From the NCBI GenBank assembly GCA_951406725.2, contig OX597814.1, forward strand, positions 161,820,001 to 161,884,000: DNA of 64,000 bases, read 5' to 3'. Shown here piece after piece: positions 55,491 through 64,000 of this stretch. The translations under genes and the position numbers were made by a program. Numbering within the stretch: the first letter of the stretch is position 1; each line of letters opens with the position of its first letter. The notes beneath the pieces are model-generated. The model was not told the DNA's origin. It made no database searches and saw only the letters and a program-made list of their open reading frames with translations. Origin of the DNA: Octopus vulgaris. Its lineage: Eukaryota.

Positions 55491-56434
55491 ATTCCATCTA
55501 GATAGATAGATAGATAGATAGATAGACAGATTCATACATACGAACATACATGGACGAATGAACAGATGGCTGGATGAATGGATGGAGATGGAGGAATAGG
55601 TAGATAGGGAGACAGACTGACAGACAGACAGATAGATAGATAGATAGATAAATAGATGAGTGGACGGGCATATAAACAGACAGATAATGACAAGTAGATA
55701 GATAATAACAGTTTGACACTAAGATAGATAATGTGTGTGTGTGTGCGTGCACACGCATCCAAGGCTGACAAAGTAAAATCTAATTTTAGCAAAACCATTA
55801 GCACCTAGCTTTTTAAATGCAATACATAATTTAGTAAAACCCATTAATGCAAAACCACTCACAGGTTTATATATATGTGTATATATATATTTATATTCCC
55901 TTCATTCATCGAAATCTATTTCTTCCAAGCCTTTCAAAGAAACCAATGAAGTATTCAGCAAGACCCACTCTGTCTTTTGAATATAATGAATAGAACCCTT
56001 TTGGATAGAATACCACTGAAAGGTCAAAACCTCTCAGACCAATTTACTTGGCATTGCACAACACACCTGGAAGCTAACATTTTTACATGTAAAAATGGCA
56101 AGCAAAGTACTTGGAACAGTCAGCAGGCAAGTTCCAATCAGCCAGTTTGTTATTAAAGCTTTCAACACAACAACCAGTCAACACCCTGAGTTAAACCAAT
56201 AATTACTATTCACCTGTAGTTAAATTAAGTATTTTATTCATTCAATTTCAAAATTTCTACTGTCTCCACCAAATATTATTACTTCCTTATGATTTTAACT
56301 CCAACATAATAGACAGGCATTTCTATTCAATAAACTTTTGTTTTCCTGTGATATCAATTTTCGCATTAGTACATTCTATTACAAACACCTCCTCCTTATC
56401 ATCATCATCATTAGTTATATATATATATATATAT

Positions 56435-59400
56435 AGCAATAATAATTCTCTAAAAGGAATATAGACAGTAACTGCTCGACAACATAAGGGACTAAAGCCA
56501 TCTGAATATGGCTAGGGACAGGGCAGGGTGGTGGGGGTGTTACTGTTGCATTTAGCCCCAGGCGAACATCGACGTCACCAGAAAGGCTCGACACCGTCAC
56601 GGTGCCCTAAACCTGCAAAGGGAGGTAATTCCCCGATGAAGCGGAAACCACACACGGACCATGGTTTCAAGGTGTATTGCCTATCATCGGCGTGTGGTAG
56701 GCCTCCGCTTCCTCGACAATTCTCTCTCTGCAGGATTTTCTTATATAGATTTTCAAGCAAAATAAATTTGCTGATTTCGAAAATCTGTTCGAAAGCAATA
56801 ATAATTCTCTAAAAGGAATATAGACAGTAACTGCTCGACAACATAAGGGACTAAAGCCATCTGAATATGGCTAGGGACAGGGCAGGGTGGTGGGGGTGTT
56901 ACTGTTGCATTTAGCCCCAGGCGAACATCGACGTCACCAGAAAGGCTCGACACCGTCACGGTGCCCTAAACCTGCAAAGGGAGGTAATTCCCCGATGAAG
57001 CGGAAACCACACACGGACCATGGTTTCAAGGTGTATTGCCTATCATCGGCGTGTGGTAGGCCTCCGCTTCCTCGACGAATTCTCTCTCTGCAGGATTTTC
57101 TTATATAGATTTTCAAGCAAAATAAATTTGCTGATTTCGAAAATCTGTTCGAAAGCAATAATAATTCTCTAAAAGGAATATAGACAGTAACTGCTCGACA
57201 ACATAAGGGACTAAAGCCATCTGAATATGGCTAGGGACAGGGCAGGGTGGTGGGGGTGTTACTGTTGCATTTAGCCCCAGGCGAACATCGACGTCACCAG
57301 AAAGGCTCGACACCGTCACGGTGCCCTAAACCTGCAAAGGGAGGTAATTCCCCGATGAAGCGGAAACCACACACGGACCATGGTTTCAAGGTGTATTGCC
57401 TATCATCGGCGTGTGGTAGGCCTCCGCTTCCTCGACGAATTCTCTCTCTGCAGGATTTTCTTATATAGATTTTCAAGCAAAATAAATTTGCTGATTTCGA
57501 AAATCTGTTCGAAAGCAATAATAATTCTCTAAAAGGAATATAGACAGTAACTGCTCGACAACATAAGGGACTAAAGCCATCTGAATATGGCTAGGGACAG
57601 GGCAGGGTGGTGGGGGTGTTACTGTTGCATTTAGCCCCAGGCGAACATCGACGTCACCAGAAAGGCTCGACACCGTCACGGTGCCCTAAACCTGCAAAGG
57701 GAGGTAATTCCCCGATGAAGCGGAAACCACACACGGACCATGGTTTCAAGGTGTATTGCCTATCATCGGCGTGTGGTAGGCCTCCGCTTCCTCGACGAAT
57801 TCTCTCTCTGCAGGATTTTCTTATATAGATTTTCAAGCAAAATAAATTTGCTGATTTCGAAAATCTGTTCGAAAGCAATAATAATTCTCTAAAAGGAATA
57901 TAGACAGTAACTGCTCGACAACATAAGGGACTAAAGCCATCTGAATATGGCTAGGGACAGGGCAGGGTGGTGGGGGTGTTACTGTTGCATTTAGCCCCAG
58001 GCGAACATCGACGTCACCAGAAAGGCTCGACACCGTCACGGTGCCCTAAACCTGCAAAGGGAGGTAATTCCCCGATGAAGCGGAAACCACACACGGACCA
58101 TGGTTTCAAGGTGTATTGCCTATCATCGGCGTGTGGTAGGCCTCCGCTTCCTCGACGAATTCTCTCTCTGCAGGATTTTCTTATATAGATTTTCAAGCAA
58201 AATAAATTTGCTGATTTCGAAAATCTGTTCGAAAGCAATAATAATTCTCTAAAAGGAATATAGACAGTAACTGCTCGACAACATAAGGGACTAAAGCCAT
58301 CTGAATATGGCTAGGGACAGGGCAGGGTGGTGGGGGTGTTACTGTTGCATTTAGCCCCAGGCGAACATCGACGTCACCAGAAAGGCTCGACACCGTCACG
58401 GTGCCCTAAACCTGCAAAGGGAGGTAATTCCCCGATGAAGCGGAAACCACACACGGACCATGGTTTCAAGGTGTATTGCCTATCATCGGCGTGTGGTAGG
58501 CCTCCGCTTCCTCGACGAATTCTCTCTCTGCAGGATTTTCTTATATAGATTTTCAAGCAAAATAAATTTGCTGATTTCGAAAATCTGTTCGAAAGCAATA
58601 ATAATTCTCTAAAAGGAATATAGACAGTAACTGCTCGACAACATAAGGGACTAAAGCCATCTGAATATGGCTAGGGACAGGGCAGGGTGGTGGGGGTGTT
58701 ACTGTTGCATTTAGCCCCAGGCGAACATCGACGTCACCAGAAAGGCTCGACACCGTCACGGTGCCCTAAACCTGCAAAGGGAGGTAATTCCCCGATGAAG
58801 CGGAAACCACACACGGACCATGGTTTCAAGGTGTATTGCCTATCATCGGCGTGTGGTAGGCCTCCGCTTCCTCGACGAATTCTCTCTCTGCAGGATTTTC
58901 TTATATAGATTTTCAAGCAAAATAAATTTGCTGATTTCGAAAATCTGTTCGAAAGCAATAATAATTCTCTAAAAGGAATATAGACAGTAACTGCTCGACA
59001 ACATAAGGGACTAAAGCCATCTGAATATGGCTAGGGACAGGGCAGGGTGGTGGGGGTGTTACTGTTGCATTTAGCCCCAGGCGAACATCGACGTCACCAG
59101 AAAGGCTCGACACCGTCACGGTGCCCTAAACCTGCAAAGGGAGGTAATTCCCCGATGAAGCGGAAACCACACACGGACCATGGTTTCAAGGTGTATTGCC
59201 TATCATCGGCGTGTAGTAGGCCTCCGCTTCCTCGACGAATTCTCTCTCTGCAGGATTTTCTTATATAGATTTTCAAGCAAAATAAATTTGCTGATTTCGA
59301 AAATCTGTTCGAAAGCAATAATAATTCTCTAAAAGGAATATAGACAGTAACTGCTCGACAACATAAGGGACTAAAGCCATCTGAATATGGCTAGGGACAG

Positions 59401-61738
59401 GGCAGGGTGGTGGGGGTGTTACTGTTGCATTTAGCCCCAGGCGAACATCGACGTCACCAGAAAGGCTCGACACCGTCACGGTGCCCTAAACCTGCAAAGG
59501 GAGGTAATTCCCCGATGAAGCGGAAACCACACACGGACCATGGTTTCAAGGTGTATTGCCTATCATCGGCGTGTGGTAGGCCTCCGCTTCCTCGACGAAT
59601 TCTCTCTCTGCAGGATTTTCTTATATAGATTTTCAAGCAAAATAAATTTGCTGATTTCGAAAATCTGTTCGAAAGCAATAATAATTCTCTAAAAGGAATA
59701 TAGACAGTAACTGCTCGACAACATAAGGGACTAAAGCCATCTGAATATGGCTAGGGACAGGGCAGGGTGGTGGGGGTGTTACTGTTGCATTTAGCCCCAG
59801 GCGAACATCGACGTCACCAGAAAGGCTCGACACCGTCACGGTGCCCTAAACCTGCAAAGGGAGGTAATTCCCCGATGAAGCGGAAACCACACACGGACCA
59901 TGGTTTCAAGGTGTATTGCCTATCATCGGCGTGTGGTAGGCCTCCGCTTCCTCGACGAATTCTCTCTGCAGGATTTTCTTATATAGATTTTCAAGCAAAA
60001 TAAATTTGCTGATTTCGAAAATCTGTTCGAAAGCAATAATAATTCTCTAAAAGGAATATAGACAGTAACTGCTCGACAACATAAGGGACTAAAGCCATCT
60101 GAATATGGCTAGGGACAGGGCAGGGTGGTGGGGGTGTTACTGTTGCATTTAGCCCCAGGCGAACATCGACGTCACCAGAAAGGCTCGACACCGTCACGGT
60201 GCCCTAAACCTGCAAAGGGAGGTAATTCCCCGATGAAGCGGAAACCACACACGGACCATGGTTTCAAGGTGTATTGCCTATCATCGGCGTGTGGTAGGCC
60301 TCCGCTTCCTCGACGAATTCTCTCTCTGCAGGATTTTTCTTATATAGATTTTCAAGCAAAATAAATTTGCTGATTTCGAAAATCTGTTCGAAAGCAATAA
60401 TAATTCTCTAAAAGGAATATAGACAGTAACTGCTCGACAACATAAGGGACTAAAGCCATCTGAATATGGCTAGGGACAGGGCAGGGTGGTGGGGGTGTTA
60501 CTGTTGCATTTAGCCCCAGGCGAACATCGACGTCACCAGAAAGGCTCGACACCGTCACGGTGCCCTAAACCTGCAAAGGGAGGTAATTCCCCGATGAAGC
60601 GGAAACCACACACGGACCATGGTTTCAAGGTGTATTGCCTATCATCGGCGTGTGGTAGGCCTCCGCTTCCTCGACGAATTCTCTCTCTGCAGGATTTTCT
60701 TATATAGATTTTCAAGCAAAATAAATTTGCTGATTTCGAAAATCTGTTCGAAAGCAATAATAATTCTCTAAAAGGAATATAGACAGTAACTGCTCGACAA
60801 CATAAGGGACTAAAGCCATCTGAATATGGCTAGGGACAGGGCAGGGTGGTGGGGGTGTTACTGTTGCATTTAACCCCAGGCGAACATCGACGTCACCAGA
60901 AAAGGCTCGACACCGTCACGGTGCCCTAAACCTGCAAAGGGAGGTAATTCCCCGATGAAGCGGAAACCACACACGGACCATGGTTTCAAGGTGTATTGCC
61001 TATCATCGGCGTGTGGTAGGCCTCCGCTTCCTCGACGAATTCTCTCTCTGCAGGATTTTCTTATATAGATTTTCAAGCAAAATAAATTTGCTGATTTCGA
61101 AAATCTGTTCGAAAGCAATAATAATTCTCTAAAAGGAATATAGACAGTAACTGCTCGACAACATAAGGGACTAAAGCCATCTGAATATGGCTAGGGACAG
61201 GGCAGGGTGGTGGGGGTGTTACTGTTGCATTTAGCCCCAGGCGAACATCGACGTCACCAGAAAGGCTCGACACCGTCACGGTGCCCTAAACCTGCAAAGG
61301 GAGGTAATTCCCCGATGAAGCGGAAACCACACACGGACCATGGTTTCAAGGTGTATTGCCTATCATCGGCGTGTGGTAGGCCTCCGCTTCCTCGACGAAT
61401 TCTCTCTCTGCAGGATTTTCTTATATAGATTTTCAAGCAAAATAAATTTGCTGATTTCGAAAATCTGTTCGAAAGCAATAATAATTCTCTAAAAGGAATA
61501 TAGACAGTAACTGCTCGACAACATAAGGGACTAAAGCCATCTGAATATGGCTAGGGACAGGGCAGGGTGGTGGGGGTGTTACTGTTGCATTTAGCCCCAG
61601 GCGAACATCGACGTCACCAGAAAGGCTCGACACCGTCACGGTGCCCTAAACCTGCAAAGGGGAGGTAATTCCCCGATGAAGCGGAAACCACACACGGACC
61701 ATGGTTTCAAGGTGTATTGCCTATCATCGGCGTGTGGT
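56435..61738 (-). repeat. 360-bp tandem array, left arm (about 14.7 units); hammerhead sense on the minus strand
   Basis: Period 360 (ORF track repeats every 360 bp); units near-identical; begins at a (TA)n tract. Confidence 0.97.
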
Positions 61739-64000
61739 CCCTTTGCAGGTTTAGGGCACCGTGACGGTGTCGAGCCTTTCTGGTGACGTCGATGTTCGCC
61801 TGGGGCTAAATGCAACAGTAACACCCCCACCACCCTGCCCTGTCCCTAGCCATATTCAGATGGCTTTAGTCCCTTATGTTGTCGAGCAGTTACTGTCTAT
61901 ATTCCTTTTAGAGAATTATTATTGCTTTCGAACAGATTTTCGAAATCAGCAAATTTATTTTGCTTGAAAATCTATATAAGAAAATCCTGCAGAGAGAGAA
62001 TTCGTCGAGGAAGCGGAGGCCTACCACACGCCGATGATAGGCAATACACCTTGAAACCATGGTCCGTGTGTGGTTTCCGCTTCATCGGGGAATTACCTCC
62101 CTTTGCAGGTTTAGGGCACCGTGACGGTGTCGAGCCTTTCTGGTGACGTCGATGTTCGCCTGGGGCTAAATGCAACAGTAACACCCCCACCACCCTGCCC
62201 TGTCCCTAGCCATATTCAGATGGCTTTAGTCCCTTATGTTGTCGAGCAGTTACTGTCTATATTCCTTTTAGAGAATTATTATTGCTTTCGAACAGATTTT
62301 CGAAATCAGCAAATTTATTTTGCTTGAAAATCTATATAAGAAAATCCTGCAGAGAGAGAATTCGTCGAGGAAGCGGAGGCCTACCACACGCCGATGATAG
62401 GCAATACACCTTGAAACCATGGTCCGTGTGTGGTTTCCGCTTCATCGGGGAATTACCTCCCTTTGCAGGTTTAGGGCACCGTGACGGTGTCGAGCCTTTC
62501 TGGTGACGTCGATGTTCGCCTGGGGCTAAATGCAACAGTAACACCCCCACCACCCTGCCCTGTCCCTAGCCATATTCAGATGGCTTTAGTCCCTTATGTT
62601 GTCGAGCAGTTACTGTCTATATTCCTTTTAGAGAATTATTATTGCTTTCGAACAGATTTTCGAAATCAGCAAATTTATTTTGCTTGAAAATCTATATAAG
62701 AAAATCCTGCAGAGAGAGAATTCGTCGAGGAAGCGGAGGCCTACCACACGCCGATGATAGGCAATACACCTTGAAACCATGGTCCGTGTGTGGTTTCCGC
62801 TTCATCGGGGAATTACCTCCCTTTGCAGGTTTAGGGCACCGTGACGGTGTCGAGCCTTTCTGGTGACGTCGATGTTCGCCTGGGGCTAAATGCAACAGTA
62901 ACACCCCCACCACCCTGCCCTGTCCCTAGCCATATTCAGATGGCTTTAGTCCCTTATGTTGTCGAGCAGTTACTGTCTATATTCCTTTTAGAGAATTATT
63001 ATTGCTTTCGAACAGATTTTCGAAATCAGCAAATTTATTTTGCTTGAAAATCTATATAAGAAAATCCTGCAGAGAGAGAATTCGTCGAGGAAGCGGAGGC
63101 CTACCACACGCCGATGATAGGCAATACACCTTGAAACCATGGTCCGTGTGTGGTTTCCGCTTCATCGGGGAATTACCTCCCTTTGCAGGTTTAGGGCACC
63201 GTGACGGTGTCGAGCCTTTCTGGTGACGTCGATGTTCGCCTGGGGCTAAATGCAACAGTAACACCCCCACCACCCTGCCCTGTCCCTAGCCATATTCAGA
63301 TGGCTTTAGTCCCTTATGTTGTCGAGCAGTTACTGTCTATATTCCTTTTAGAGAATTATTATTGCTTTCGAACAGATTTTCGAAATCAGCAAATTTATTT
63401 TGCTTGAAAATCTATATAAGAAAATCCTGCAGAGAGAGAATTCGTCGAGGAAGCGGAGGCCTACCACACGCCGATGATAGGCAATACACCTTGAAACCAT
63501 GGTCCGTGTGTGGTTTCCGCTTCATCGGGGAATTACCTCCCTTTGCAGGTTTAGGGCACCGTGACGGTGTCGAGCCTTTCTGGTGACGTCGATGTTCGCC
63601 TGGGGCTAAATGCAACAGTAACACCCCCACCACCCTGCCCTGTCCCTAGCCATATTCAGATGGCTTTAGTCCCTTATGTTGTCGAGCAGTTACTGTCTAT
63701 ATTCCTTTTAGAGAATTATTATTGCTTTCGAACAGATTTTCGAAATCAGCAAATTTATTTTGCTTGAAAATCTATATAAGAAAATCCTGCAGAGAGAGAA
63801 TTCGTCGAGGAAGCGGAGGCCTACCACACGCCGATGATAGGCAATACACCTTGAAACCATGGTCCGTGTGTGGTTTCCGCTTCATCGGGGAATTACCTCC
63901 CTTTGCAGGTTTAGGGCACCGTGACGGTGTCGAGCCTTTCTGGTGACGTCGATGTTCGCCTGGGGCTAAATGCAACAGTAACACCCCCACCACCCTGCCC
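61738..64000 (+). repeat. 360-bp tandem array, inverted right arm (at least 6.3 units, runs off the window); hammerhead sense on the plus strand
   Basis: Reverse complement of the left-arm unit, period 360. Confidence 0.97.
62023..62074 (+). ncRNA. Type I hammerhead ribozyme, variant core (representative copy; one per 360-bp unit)
   Basis: Stem I cacacg 62025-30 / cgtgtg 62065-70; core CCGATGA 62031-37; stem II agg/cct with loop caataca; GAA-A 62053-56; stem III accatggt; GTC with predicted cleavage after 62064. Confidence 0.8.

Noticed and set aside
56631-56662. Second hammerhead on the opposite strand (ccgatga-agcg-gaaa-cc)
   Set aside because: Only 4 nt for stem II, A15.1 faces A instead of U, no NUH triplet and no stem I
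56415-63993. Repeating 68-, 73- and 74-aa ORFs in the array
   Set aside because: They overlap on both strands, mostly use non-ATG starts, have no recognisable domain, and are broken by indels; they recur only because the unit recurs
56435-64000. Array as CRISPR, 5S rDNA, tRNA or snRNA cluster, or an integrated viroid
   Set aside because: No unique spacers; no 5S, tRNA or snRNA sequence recognised; only the size resembles a viroid and no viroid conserved region was seen

Overview
AT-rich, microsatellite- and SINE-dense eukaryotic DNA. The repeat families look like those of Octopus (inference from SINE and LINE types, not a database hit). I recognised no intact host gene; there are only a few weak minus-strand exon candidates. 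Most of the first 56 kb is decayed mobile DNA: a young 5'-truncated CR1/L2-type LINE inside a 156-bp minisatellite, RTE, jockey-like and CRE-like LINE relics, a mariner relic, a hAT (Buster-type) element with TIRs and an 8-bp TSD, a foldback-like element, MITEs, many tRNA/Nin-type SINEs, and Penelope-like element (PLE) relics that carry type I hammerhead ribozyme motifs. The highlight is 56435-64000, a nearly homogeneous 360-bp tandem array (about 21 units visible, running off the window) that switches orientation at about 61738. Each unit encodes a type I hammerhead ribozyme fold with a variant core (CCGAUGA...GAAA, GUC cleavage triplet, palindromic stem III ACCAUGGU) inside a highly structured monomer. 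This is a candidate cephalopod retrozyme (self-cleaving, circRNA-forming satellite), about 1 kb from a PLE relic whose decayed hammerhead seems to share the same core variant. The short ORFs repeated through the array are judged spurious.
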